This document shows, one piece after another, positions 38,564 through 47,935 of a stretch of DNA of 64,000 nucleotides. The notes below the pieces were generated by a model, which worked only from the letters and a program-made list of their open reading frames with translations, did no database searches and was not told the DNA's origin. The position numbers and the translations under genes were made by a program. The stretch is from a virus: IMG/VR virus record IMGVR_UViG_3300045988_159816, one strand, 5' to 3'. Positions within the stretch are counted from its first letter, which is position 1. Each line of letters opens with the position of its first letter.

Positions 38564-38908
38564 ATGGAAAATCCAAATAATAAAGATTTGCAGCACCTAG
38601 ATAAGTATCTAGAGAGGTTAATGCAAAGACAAGATGAAATAGATAAAAAAGCAAAAGACGCTCAAATTTATCGGGACTATAATGTAAAGCTTTTAGGTCT
38701 TTTGAAAATCATGGTCGTTGGATTTTTATGCTGTATTTTTTTATGCGCTTGTGCAATAGGAATCTCTTCGGTACTTATTGCTAAAGAATACTTTACTTAT
38801 GAACAGGGTATTGTCAGAACTGTTACTGAAGATTCTGATACTATTTCCGGCTCTGGAAGCAGTGTTATTATGAACAGAAGTAACGGAGCAACAATAAATG
38901 GAAAATAG
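38564..38908 (+). CDS. membrane protein
   Basis: TM segment MVVGFLCCIFLCACAIGISSVLIA. Confidence 0.4.
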   Translation: MENPNNKDLQHLDKYLERLMQRQDEIDKKAKDAQIYRDYNVKLLGLLKIMVVGFLCCIFLCACAIGISSVLIAKEYFTYEQGIVRTVTEDSDTISGSGSSVIMNRSNGATINGK

Positions 38909-39278
38909 AGTAAATTATGAAAAATTAAAAGCTGAAATTCAAAATCTGACTCATAGAATGGATCAGATGGAGAAAAGAGCATCCATGTATGAAGAACAAT
39001 TCCGTGAAACCTCGAAAACTGTGCAATCAATAGATTTTAATGTCAATAATTTATTAAAATTATTCGACAAACTTGAATCAAGAATGTCTAACGATCAGGA
39101 GATATTACATAAAAGAATAGGTTCTTTAAAACAGGATTTTGAAGATTATCAAATGAAAGATTTAAAGAATTACTATAACTATAAAAGAGTTATAGTAAAC
39201 ACTGTTCTAACTCTAATTATCGGAGGACTTTTTGGTGGAGTTGTTACAGCCTGGAGAGTCTTCAAGATTAATGGTTGA
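38898..39278 (+). CDS. coiled-coil protein with C-terminal TM helix
   Basis: TM segment TVLTLIIGGLFGGVVTAW at the C-terminus. Confidence 0.4.
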   Translation: MENRVNYEKLKAEIQNLTHRMDQMEKRASMYEEQFRETSKTVQSIDFNVNNLLKLFDKLESRMSNDQEILHKRIGSLKQDFEDYQMKDLKNYYNYKRVIVNTVLTLIIGGLFGGVVTAWRVFKING

Positions 39279-39561
39279 ATCAGATTTTAATAAAAAACTC
39301 AAAACATTGTCACAAATTGCACTAAAGGTGATCATAAAAGGAACTGGCTTAAAAACGAAAAGTGAATTGCTTTTATGGAAATTTTACATAGAAGATAAAA
39401 CTTATTCCGAAATAGCCGATGACTTAGGAATTGAAATATCTTCAGTTGGCAAAGCCTTATGGAATGCCAAAAAGGAATTAAAAGAAATCATTAATAATGA
39501 AAGGCATTTAATTCCACAGGAAATCCAACCATATATTGAGCTCTTGTTGCAAAAACAATAG
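39232..39561 (+). CDS. sigma-70 region-4-like HTH regulator (possible late-gene regulator)
   Basis: HTH motif KTYSEIADDLGIEISSVGKALWNAKKELKEI. Confidence 0.45.
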   Translation: MVELLQPGESSRLMVESDFNKKLKTLSQIALKVIIKGTGLKTKSELLLWKFYIEDKTYSEIADDLGIEISSVGKALWNAKKELKEIINNERHLIPQEIQPYIELLLQKQ

Positions 39562-39574
39562 CAAGGGAATAAAT

Positions 39575-39622
39575 AGACAAGCTCTTTACATATTTTAGGA
39601 AATATGTAGAGGGCTTGTTTTT
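39575..39622 (+). terminator. intrinsic terminator (nested hairpin followed by T-run)
   Basis: acaagctctttacatattttaggaaatatgtagagggcttgtttttg. Confidence 0.45.
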
Positions 39623-39712
39623 GTTATAATAATTACAGGTAATAACCCCTGCGGGGTGTTAAAAAAGTTTAATATCGTCCAAATATGGTGGCGGTATAGG
39701 GAGGACAAATGT

Positions 39713-40246
39713 ATGTATCCAACTAATTACATGAATCCAATGAATAATCAGCCAATGAGTCCGGATTATGGTTATAATCGTATGCAACAAGTACAGCAAA
39801 TGCAACAAGCAATAAATCCTACTGTTCCAAATATGTTTGGTCAGATGAATCAAATGAATAATATGAATCAACAACAGCAAACACCGTATATTTCAGCGAT
39901 TCCTGTTACTTGTTTAGATGAAGCGAAAGCCGCAAGAATTTCTTTAGATGGCACTTTAAGTGTTTTTATTAATATTCAAGATGGTGAAATTTATACTAAA
40001 CAATTAAACATGAATGGTTTGGCAGAATTAAAAACTTATAAATTAGTCAACCCACAAGAAAACAAGGTTGAATATATTACTTCAGATACCTTTAATGGTT
40101 TAGACCAACGTGTTCAAAATATTGAACAATTATTAGCAAGTATAGGAGGAAATAATCATGAATCCAATGCAAATGTTACAAGTATTCAACCAAATACGAG
40201 CGATGCAAAATCCTCAACAAGGAATGGAGCAAATGTTCGGAAGTAA
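39713..40246 (+). CDS. Q/N-rich low-complexity protein
   Basis: RBS tatagggagg before the ATG at 39713. The N-terminus is dominated by Q/N/M/P. Confidence 0.4.
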   Translation: MYPTNYMNPMNNQPMSPDYGYNRMQQVQQMQQAINPTVPNMFGQMNQMNNMNQQQQTPYISAIPVTCLDEAKAARISLDGTLSVFINIQDGEIYTKQLNMNGLAELKTYKLVNPQENKVEYITSDTFNGLDQRVQNIEQLLASIGGNNHESNANVTSIQPNTSDAKSSTRNGANVRK

Positions 40247-40391
40247 TCCAGTATTTCAACAAGCTAGAAAAATGGCTGAAGGAAAAAGCCCTGAACAAAT
40301 GAAAGAAACCGTTTTAAATTTAGCTAAAACACAGGGTGTAGATATTCAGCAAATTATGGGTATGTTAAATCAATTCGGAATTAAAATTTAA
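40158..40391 (+). CDS. Q/M-rich small protein
   Basis: Strong RBS ataggaggaaataatc. It overlaps the 3' end of the previous ORF by 89 bp. Confidence 0.45.
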   Translation: MNPMQMLQVFNQIRAMQNPQQGMEQMFGSNPVFQQARKMAEGKSPEQMKETVLNLAKTQGVDIQQIMGMLNQFGIKI

Positions 40392-40442
40392 TAGATGCGC
40401 ACTGTTAAATTTTGATTTAATAAATTAAGGGAGTGTTCAATT

Positions 40443-41105
40443 ATGGCATTCGAAGGGGCTCAAATGGTTCCGGTTTACGACATGAATAAGTCTGACAACG
40501 CTGGTATGATGGGCGGCGGAGCTGGCTGGATGTGGGTAATTATGTTATTCTTCCTGCTTGCTTGGGGCGGCTTCGGCGGCGGTGGATTTGGTGGTGCTAA
40601 TGGCGCTGTCAATACATTGACTAACGAATTTCTTTATACCAACTTGAACAACACTTTGGATCGTGGATTCAACCAGTTGGCTAATCAAAACTTTGGTATC
40701 CAACGTGATATCTGTCAATCCACTGGTGCTATCCAAATGGGTATGTGTCAAGGATTCAATCAGACTAACGCTGCAATAGCTGAAAGTCGTTTTGCTGCTC
40801 AGCAATGCTGCTGCGAAACCAATCGCAACATTGATGCTGTTCGTGCAGAAAACTACAAAAACACTTGTGAAATCACTACTGCAATTCATGCAGAAGCTGA
40901 AGCAACTCGTGCTTTGATGACTGCAAATGTAATGCAAGAATTGCGTGATCAGTTACAGGCAGCTCAATTGCAACTTGGTAACCTTTCTCAAACTCAAAAC
41001 ATTATCAACGCAGTTCGTCCGTTCCCGCAGCCCGCTTATATCACTTGCAGTCCTTATACATCTGTAAATGGTTTCGGTTGTGGCAATGGTTGCGGAATTG
41101 TCTAA
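40443..41105 (+). CDS. Gly/Cys-rich membrane protein
   Basis: A TM segment is followed by a GGFGGGGFGG tract, a QQCCCE motif and a C-terminal GFGCGNGCG. Confidence 0.45.
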   Translation: MAFEGAQMVPVYDMNKSDNAGMMGGGAGWMWVIMLFFLLAWGGFGGGGFGGANGAVNTLTNEFLYTNLNNTLDRGFNQLANQNFGIQRDICQSTGAIQMGMCQGFNQTNAAIAESRFAAQQCCCETNRNIDAVRAENYKNTCEITTAIHAEAEATRALMTANVMQELRDQLQAAQLQLGNLSQTQNIINAVRPFPQPAYITCSPYTSVNGFGCGNGCGIV

Positions 41106-41111
41106 TTAGGA

Positions 41112-41474
41112 GTGATTATTGTGGCTTGTAACCGCTGTGATAGATTTATTAAAAGTTCCAGCATCACAGCCAGTTCTTCTGACGTGATCATTACTATTAG
41201 TTCTGCTCCCACTCTTACAAATTTAAAACGATTCTGTCTTGTGCTTGCACAAAATCTTCCTGAAGGAGCGAATACCTTACCTGTTCAAATTAGTATTGGC
41301 GGGACGACATATCCTGTTTATACAAGAACTGGTAATCTGTTAAGAGCAGATCAAATTCGTTGCCGTAGAGTATATCCGATTATCTTTGGTAATGATCCCA
41401 ATCATTTCTCATTGTTATGTTGCGTACCTAATACAGTATATACACCACCTGTAGTAGTTCCGACGGAGGGTTAA
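41112..41474 (+). CDS. Cys-containing hypothetical protein
   Basis: 120-aa ORF. Confidence 0.4.
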   Translation: MIIVACNRCDRFIKSSSITASSSDVIITISSAPTLTNLKRFCLVLAQNLPEGANTLPVQISIGGTTYPVYTRTGNLLRADQIRCRRVYPIIFGNDPNHFSLLCCVPNTVYTPPVVVPTEG

Positions 41475-41478
41475 TATT

Positions 41479-41943
41479 ATGTTAGATACCTTATTAAAAC
41501 ATCTCAAAGAGCAAAAAGATGTCGGCTTAACTAATGAAATTTTAATGGAAACCTTTAAGGAGTCCATTAAACCATTAAAATACTCTGATAGGGAAATCTA
41601 TGAAGAAGTCGTTGACAAGTTGTATAAAGAGTGTTATGGAGAACATTTCAGTGATTGGTTAGCGGAAAAGGCTGTTGAAAACTTTAAGAACGTAGACGGC
41701 ACGGAAGGAGCACACTGGACGATTGAACAAATTGATGATGTAATTCGTCAATATAACATTAAATGTGTTGGTTTCAATCGTTGGGATTTATATTATGTAA
41801 TGAATATGCTTTATAGCGATTATTACAATGTATTAGGCTCGGATACCGCTATCTATGTAAAGTTGAGTAAGGCATGGTTTGAAGACCCGGATGTAAGCGA
41901 GGGCAAAGCCTACCGTTACTATATGCAAGTAGCAAAAGCCTAA
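41479..41943 (+). CDS. hypothetical protein
   Basis: 154-aa ORF followed by a terminator. Confidence 0.45.
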   Translation: MLDTLLKHLKEQKDVGLTNEILMETFKESIKPLKYSDREIYEEVVDKLYKECYGEHFSDWLAEKAVENFKNVDGTEGAHWTIEQIDDVIRQYNIKCVGFNRWDLYYVMNMLYSDYYNVLGSDTAIYVKLSKAWFEDPDVSEGKAYRYYMQVAKA

Positions 41944-41950
41944 TTAAAGA

Positions 41951-41983
41951 AAGAGTACATTCTTCGGAGTGTACTCTTTTTTA
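41951..41983 (+). terminator. intrinsic terminator
   Basis: agagtacattcttcggagtgtactct hairpin followed by T6. Confidence 0.6.
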
Positions 41984-42012
41984 TTGACAATTTTAGTTCG
42001 TTGGAGTATAAT
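41984..42012 (+). promoter_or_regulatory. sigma-70-like promoter of the replication/DNA-metabolism module
   Basis: TTGACA at 41984-41989 and TATAAT at 42007-42012. Confidence 0.55.
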
Positions 42013-42034
42013 TGTCACATAAGGAGGAATAACA

Positions 42035-43705
42035 GTGGTCAAAATTAATATTAAAAAATCCAGAAAATTTACTGAATTTGAATATAGTTTATTTATTATA
42101 TTTGATTTTGATATTAAGATTGTAAGTCAATTAAGAAAGTTGACTTATAGATATTTTCATACAGAATCAAACTGCTGGGAAGTTCCTTCTGTGCACTACG
42201 AAGCCGTATTAAAAATATTAAATGGCACTCAATTTGTCATTTCTAATAAAGAACTATTAGAAAAGAATATGCCTGATTATGAATTTAAAACAACTCCTTA
42301 TAATTACCAATTAGAAGGTATTAAATTTGGATTGTCTAAAAATAGATTTCATTTGGGTGATGAACAAGGTTTAGGTAAAACTAAACAATGTATTGATTTA
42401 GCCTGTATTCAAAAGCAGGAAAAAGGTATTCAACATTGTTTAATTATTTGTGGTGTAGCAACTCTACGCTGGAATTGGCGTGATGAAATTGAAACACATA
42501 GTAATGAAGATCATTGTATATTAGGATTGCGTAAACGTAAACGTAAAAATACTATGTATGATGGCGGCACTACTGCAAAGATTGAAGATTTGCAAAGTAT
42601 TCCGGAAGCGTTCTTTTGGATAATCAATGTAGAAGCTTTACGTGATGAAACCATAATCAAAATATTAAAAAAATATCATGAAGATGGTATTATTGGAATT
42701 ATTATTACTGACGAAGTTCATAAAATAAAAAATCCTTTATCTGCACAAGGCAAAGGATATTTGAAGATTGTAAATATTAAGGATACTGAAGATATTCGTA
42801 TAACTATTAGTGGCACACCCTTAATTAATCAACCAATGGATTTATATATGATTTTTAAATCTTTGGGCTATGAAAATAATAGTTACACAGCTTTTAAAAA
42901 CCATTATTGTATCATGGGCGGTTATATGAATAGGGAGATTATTGGATATCAAAATCTTCAAGAATTAAAGAATCGTTTAAAAAATATTCAGATAAGAAGA
43001 TTAAAAAAAGATGTTCTTGAACTCCCTGAAAAGTTACCTCAAACAATTTACGTTGAATTAGCTAAAGAACAAATGGATCTTTATCAGGAAGTAAGAATAG
43101 CTTTACAAGATAAAGTTGATTTAATAAAATTAAATCCAAATCCGCTTGCACAATTTACAAGATTAAGACAGGTCACAGGCACTCCGCAGTTAATTAGTTC
43201 TATTGTTAGCAAATCCACTAAATTGGATAGGTTAGTAGAGCTTGTGAACGAAATTGCCGATAGGGGAGAACAATGCCTTATCTTTAGTAATTGGGCAGAG
43301 GTATGTAAGATAATAGTTGATAAGCTAAAGAGTGTTAATGCTCTAGGTTATATTAGTGGCTGTAAGGATTTAAAAGCCATAGAAACAGAGTTTAAAGCTA
43401 ATTCTAATCATGTTGCATTAGTTGGTACTATCAAATTAATGGGTACAGGCTTAACTTTTAATAATAGCAATAATGTAATATTCTTTGATAGTCCATGGAC
43501 TGATGCGGATAAACAACAAGCAATTGATCGTTGTCATCGTATAGGACAAACAAGTGATTTAAATATTTATACTCTTGTTTGTGCTAATACTATAGATGAA
43601 AAAGTTGAGAAAATTATTCAAAGAAAACATATTTTGTCAGATGGTATTGTAGATGGCGGAAATGTAATGAAACTTGAACAATTAATCAACTTACTCTTAT
43701 CGTAA
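42035..43705 (+). CDS. SNF2-family DNA helicase/translocase
   Basis: GTG start after aaggaggaat. Motifs GLGKT, DEVHKIKN and the helicase-C motif QAIDRCHRIGQ. Confidence 0.85.
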   Translation: MVKINIKKSRKFTEFEYSLFIIFDFDIKIVSQLRKLTYRYFHTESNCWEVPSVHYEAVLKILNGTQFVISNKELLEKNMPDYEFKTTPYNYQLEGIKFGLSKNRFHLGDEQGLGKTKQCIDLACIQKQEKGIQHCLIICGVATLRWNWRDEIETHSNEDHCILGLRKRKRKNTMYDGGTTAKIEDLQSIPEAFFWIINVEALRDETIIKILKKYHEDGIIGIIITDEVHKIKNPLSAQGKGYLKIVNIKDTEDIRITISGTPLINQPMDLYMIFKSLGYENNSYTAFKNHYCIMGGYMNREIIGYQNLQELKNRLKNIQIRRLKKDVLELPEKLPQTIYVELAKEQMDLYQEVRIALQDKVDLIKLNPNPLAQFTRLRQVTGTPQLISSIVSKSTKLDRLVELVNEIADRGEQCLIFSNWAEVCKIIVDKLKSVNALGYISGCKDLKAIETEFKANSNHVALVGTIKLMGTGLTFNNSNNVIFFDSPWTDADKQQAIDRCHRIGQTSDLNIYTLVCANTIDEKVEKIIQRKHILSDGIVDGGNVMKLEQLINLLLS

Positions 43706-43717
43706 AGGAGGGATAAT

Positions 43718-44032
43718 GTGTCAAGAACTCGTAGACATAGAAAACGTCAAGGCTTTAAAAAACGAAATGTTAATTGTTCTTTGTGTCTTTTTGAAGAAAG
43801 TTGCAATCTAAAAGATGCTAAAATTTGTCATGGGTTTGTATTAAAGGATACTAAACCAATCGTTACTAATGCTGATACTAAAATAACGAATGTAGACAAA
43901 GAAAATCAAGTAGAACAATTACCAATGTACGATCCTGAATATACAGCACCAGTATCAATGTCTGAATGTCTTGCTATGTTTTTATTTATTATTTTATTGT
44001 TTATTGGTTGTGCTTACTTAATTTTAAGATAG
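43718..44032 (+). CDS. hypothetical protein with C-terminal TM helix
   Basis: 104-aa ORF. Confidence 0.4.
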   Translation: MSRTRRHRKRQGFKKRNVNCSLCLFEESCNLKDAKICHGFVLKDTKPIVTNADTKITNVDKENQVEQLPMYDPEYTAPVSMSECLAMFLFIILLFIGCAYLILR

Positions 44033-44044
44033 GAGATGCCTTGA

Positions 44045-44407
44045 ATGAATGAAATTATTGCTAATTTTATCAATGTACACAAACAAGAATCTGTTTTAGC
44101 TAAACAATTAAAATCTCTTAAAGAGCAAGTAAAAAATATCTTAAAAGAAGCAAATCAAGATTCTTATGTTATTGATGGAGTAGGTAGTGTTTCTATTAGT
44201 GAAAGTAAATCATTACAATTTGATGAACAAAGATTAATAGCATATTTAGAAGAACACTATCCTCAGTGTATTATTCAAGAACCTAAGATTGATTATACTT
44301 TATTAGATAAATTAGCGTATGAAAATCAAGAAATTATTAAAGAATTAGTTCCTTTTCAATATGAAAAAGTAACAGAAAGGATTAATGTTAAATATGTCAA
44401 AGATTAA
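44045..44407 (+). CDS. hypothetical protein
   Basis: 120-aa ORF. Confidence 0.4.
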   Translation: MNEIIANFINVHKQESVLAKQLKSLKEQVKNILKEANQDSYVIDGVGSVSISESKSLQFDEQRLIAYLEEHYPQCIIQEPKIDYTLLDKLAYENQEIIKELVPFQYEKVTERINVKYVKD

Positions 44408-44585
44408 AGAATTTACAGTTAGCAGTAAACGTAGTGTTCAAATACAGGGTGAATTTTTTACTTTTGAATGTTCTGAATTAATTAGTTTGGACGAAAAAGA
44501 TGATATTGAAAAAGCAAGATTTGAAGCTTGGGAAAGAGTTAATAATGAAGTAGATAATCAAGTTATTGATGCGTCTAAAATGTAA
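44385..44585 (+). CDS. hypothetical small protein
   Basis: 66-aa ORF. Confidence 0.35.
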   Translation: MLNMSKIKEFTVSSKRSVQIQGEFFTFECSELISLDEKDDIEKARFEAWERVNNEVDNQVIDASKM

Positions 44586-44642
44586 ATAAAAAATATTTTT
44601 TTACGAATAGTTGACAACTAAAAAGGGATATGTTATTATACT

Positions 44643-44763
44643 TATAGAGCGGTAATGTACTCGGCGGTCTTACTGCCTCATAAGTACATATCGCTCTAGA
44701 CCCCTATTTATTTAAGTCAAAAAAGGCTCCTTACGACCGCCGAGAAAGTAAGGGGTCTTTTTT
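44643..44763 (+). terminator. complex nested stem-loop region ending in an intrinsic terminator
   Basis: Paired segments tatagagcg/cgctctag, ctcggcggtc/gaccgccgag and agacccct/aggggtct, followed by T6. Confidence 0.45.
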
Positions 44764-44791
44764 GTTGAAAAGTGAAAGTGAGGTTTTTACA

Positions 44792-45127
44792 ATGTTAAAA
44801 AAAATGTTAATTAGTGGACTAATGATATTAGCCATTAGCAGCTCTGTAAGTGCCTGCGAGGTGGAGAATAAGGGGGTAACTGCGGAAGGTAACATCATTA
44901 CTGATTTCAAGCCTTGTATGCAAGAAAGTTGCCCCATGTACCGTAAATATAGAGAGTTAGAAATATTAATAGAGATTGAATTAGGGGAAAATATGTCTGA
45001 TGAAGAAGTTCAAACAAGAGCAGCTCGTCAAGATTTCGTAAAAGCTAATACTAGAGTAATTGAACCTAAAAAAATCGTATATGGCGAAGTTTCGATGGAT
45101 GTAAATAAACATTTAAGGAGAAAATGA
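44792..45127 (+). CDS. putative lipoprotein
   Basis: Signal and lipobox MLKKMLISGLMILAISSSVSAC. Confidence 0.45.
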   Translation: MLKKMLISGLMILAISSSVSACEVENKGVTAEGNIITDFKPCMQESCPMYRKYRELEILIEIELGENMSDEEVQTRAARQDFVKANTRVIEPKKIVYGEVSMDVNKHLRRK

Positions 45128-45972
45128 TGACTAATAATTTTTCATTTATTATTCACTCTTGGATGCTAACTTCATTAGAGCTAAAAGGAAATGAATTAAT
45201 TGCTTATGCAATAATTTATAAATATTCAGATATTAAAGGTCAAAAATTTGTTGTTAGTATTAGAAAATTAGCAGAAATTATGAATGTTAGTAAAAATACA
45301 GCTCAGGCTGTGCTTGATTCATTAATCGAAAAAGGTTTTATTCTTAAGTGTGCAAGTCTTGATAATGTTATGGGTAGCAATACCTATAAAGTTGATTTAG
45401 ATTTAATTGAGAGTTTTGTTGGGTGTGAAAATGGGACTATCCCCAAAAATGGGACACACCAAAAAAGCCAGGAAAAACAAGGCTCTATAGGCATTTCTAA
45501 TCAGAGCGATGGGTCAGAAACTGGGACTTTAGAAAACAAGAAAATAAATAATATTAATAATATAAATAAACTAGCTAATAAGAATACTAGAAAACAAGGG
45601 GGTTTATTAAGGGGGGGCAGTACGTCAACATCAAAGTATTCAACCATGTTAGGTCAACTACTTGCATTTTGCAGAACAAATTTTTACACTCGAAAAGAGC
45701 AACAGGAATATGTTTTTAAAGCTTTAAAGCAATATTTAGATTATCGCATTAAATTTAAACTCGAGCCTGAACAATGGCAAGCAATTTTAGATTCTGTAAA
45801 AGATTTTGACGCTGAGGACATTGCAAGGCGGGTACAGACAGCTCTTGCGGGGGGTTATAAAATTTTAGTGCCATCGTGGGAAGTTAATAAACCGCAAAGA
45901 AGAGTTGATAATATTACTCCTCAAAAAGATGACGATAATGATCATCATGATGTTGAAGGAGTGTATTTCTAA
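45124..45972 (+). CDS. replication initiation / replisome organiser-like protein (N-terminal wHTH)
   Basis: HTH motif NVSKNTAQAVLDSLIEKGFIL. Lies upstream of the DnaC/DnaB pair. Confidence 0.5.
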   Translation: MMTNNFSFIIHSWMLTSLELKGNELIAYAIIYKYSDIKGQKFVVSIRKLAEIMNVSKNTAQAVLDSLIEKGFILKCASLDNVMGSNTYKVDLDLIESFVGCENGTIPKNGTHQKSQEKQGSIGISNQSDGSETGTLENKKINNINNINKLANKNTRKQGGLLRGGSTSTSKYSTMLGQLLAFCRTNFYTRKEQQEYVFKALKQYLDYRIKFKLEPEQWQAILDSVKDFDAEDIARRVQTALAGGYKILVPSWEVNKPQRRVDNITPQKDDDNDHHDVEGVYF

Positions 45973-46656
45973 ATGGCTTATGAATACAAATTTGATCGTG
46001 AAAGTTGCTGGTTTAAAAAAGTTTGTACGGCGTATAAGTCAAATACTTGTGAAAAGTTTTGTGTTAGATACATGGAGTTTGACTTTTTAATTTATGCTAG
46101 CCGCCTGCCTAAAAAGTTACAGTATCCAGCAAAGCTAATTCCGGAAGATAAAGATTTAGCTTGTTTTACAATGCTTGATGATTTAAGAAGTGATATTTTA
46201 ACTTTTGTTGAAGAAGGTGAAAATTTAATTATAGCTGGGGCTAATACTGGCAATGGCAAGACTACATGGGCTGTTAAGCTACTACTGCGGTATTTTCAAG
46301 AAATATGGGCTTGTAATGGTTTTAGACCTAGAGGATTATTTATATCGACATCGAGTTTATTTTTTGCAATTAAGCAATCTTTTAGCAAAGAAAATGATGT
46401 TAAAGAAATTTTAGACCTTATTCCGAAAGTGGATTTGATAGTATGGGACGATGTTGCGGTTAAAAGTTTAACAGCCTTTGAACAGGATTTACTTTATGAT
46501 TTTATCAATACAAGAATGAATAACGGATTATCAAATATTTTTACGACAAACATTTTGCCTGAAAATTTAGAAGTTGAAATTGGCAAAAGAATTGCAAGTC
46601 GAATTATGAGTGGTAATCAGGCATTCATTTTGGGAAGGGATCGTCGTCATGGTTGA
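45973..46656 (+). CDS. DnaC/IstB-like helicase loader ATPase
   Basis: Walker A GANTGNGKTT and Walker B LIVWDDV. Confidence 0.7.
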   Translation: MAYEYKFDRESCWFKKVCTAYKSNTCEKFCVRYMEFDFLIYASRLPKKLQYPAKLIPEDKDLACFTMLDDLRSDILTFVEEGENLIIAGANTGNGKTTWAVKLLLRYFQEIWACNGFRPRGLFISTSSLFFAIKQSFSKENDVKEILDLIPKVDLIVWDDVAVKSLTAFEQDLLYDFINTRMNNGLSNIFTTNILPENLEVEIGKRIASRIMSGNQAFILGRDRRHG

Positions 46657-47935
46657 TCTTCAGATACTTAACAAGTGTATTAGCAGTGGAAATTTTGATT
46701 TAGTAGTTAATAATAATCTTACAGAGGATTATTTTGCTGCTTACCCTGATGAATATAATTTTATAAAATATCAAGTAAACAGATTCGGTAAAGTTCCGGA
46801 TAAAGAAACAATGTTATTGAATTTTCCGGAATTTACTTTACTTGATGTAAAAGAAACTGATGAATATTTAGTCACTACCATTCGGGAAGAATACTTGTAT
46901 GGACAAATGGTTCCGGTTATTACCGAGTGCGCAGACCTTGTTAAAAATGATGCGAATGAAGCTTTAAAGTTTTTAACAAGTAAATTAGCTGTATTAAATA
47001 GTCAAGCTACTGCTGGTGGTGTGGATATTGTTAAAGAGTCACAAGAAAGACTTGAATTGCATAAGCATAAAAAAGAACATGGTACTAATTATATTAAAAC
47101 AGGTTTTCCACAGCTTGACGACGCTATTTATGGATTAGAACCAGGAAACGAATTATTGACTATTGCAGGTAGACCTAATCAGGGCAAAACATGGATATTA
47201 TTAAAAATGCTAGTAGAGGCGTGGAAGCAAGGAAAAACTGTTGCCATGTATAGTGGCGAAATGAATAAATATCAAATAGGGTATCGCTTTGATACCTTAT
47301 TAGGTAACTTTTCAAATCGTTCATTGATTAATGGCACAGAAACAAATGGCTATGAATCGTTTGTTCTTGATATGCAGAAAGAGAAAGTGCCCTTTTATAT
47401 TTTTACCCCTAAAAGCTTTGGCGGTAGGGCAACATTATCCTCTATTCAATCAATGATAAACTCTTGTCATGCAGATATTGTTGGTATCGACCAATACAGT
47501 TTAATGGACGATGAAAATTATCGTAAAGGTAAAAGTAAAACAGAGCAATTATTTAGTATCACAGAAGGCTTAATGCGTTTATCAGAAAATCATAATATTC
47601 CAATAATTGGATTATCCCAGTTAAATCGTGATGGGGAAATATCTAAGGATAATGTAGATGCTGATGCTGATTTATCCAATTTAGCGGATAGTGATAGTAT
47701 TGGTCAAAATAGTTCAAAGGTATTATTTATACGACAAACTGGAGCGGGGTTAAAATTATCCTTAACGAAGAATAGAAGTGGTACAGTTGGAGTCAACTTT
47801 ATTTATTTTTGGGATATTGATAATGGTAGATTTATTTATGTTCCCAGTGCAACAGATTCATCTACACCACAGCAAAAACAAGAAGCACAACAAACTCAAA
47901 AAAAGAAATTTAAAGATAGAAAAGAGGTTTTTTGA
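46610..47935 (+). CDS. DnaB-like replicative helicase
   Basis: Walker A GRPNQGKTW and motifs SGEM, IIGLSQLNRD. The start may be at 46649. Confidence 0.8.
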   Translation: MVIRHSFWEGIVVMVDLQILNKCISSGNFDLVVNNNLTEDYFAAYPDEYNFIKYQVNRFGKVPDKETMLLNFPEFTLLDVKETDEYLVTTIREEYLYGQMVPVITECADLVKNDANEALKFLTSKLAVLNSQATAGGVDIVKESQERLELHKHKKEHGTNYIKTGFPQLDDAIYGLEPGNELLTIAGRPNQGKTWILLKMLVEAWKQGKTVAMYSGEMNKYQIGYRFDTLLGNFSNRSLINGTETNGYESFVLDMQKEKVPFYIFTPKSFGGRATLSSIQSMINSCHADIVGIDQYSLMDDENYRKGKSKTEQLFSITEGLMRLSENHNIPIIGLSQLNRDGEISKDNVDADADLSNLADSDSIGQNSSKVLFIRQTGAGLKLSLTKNRSGTVGVNFIYFWDIDNGRFIYVPSATDSSTPQQKQEAQQTQKKKFKDRKEVF

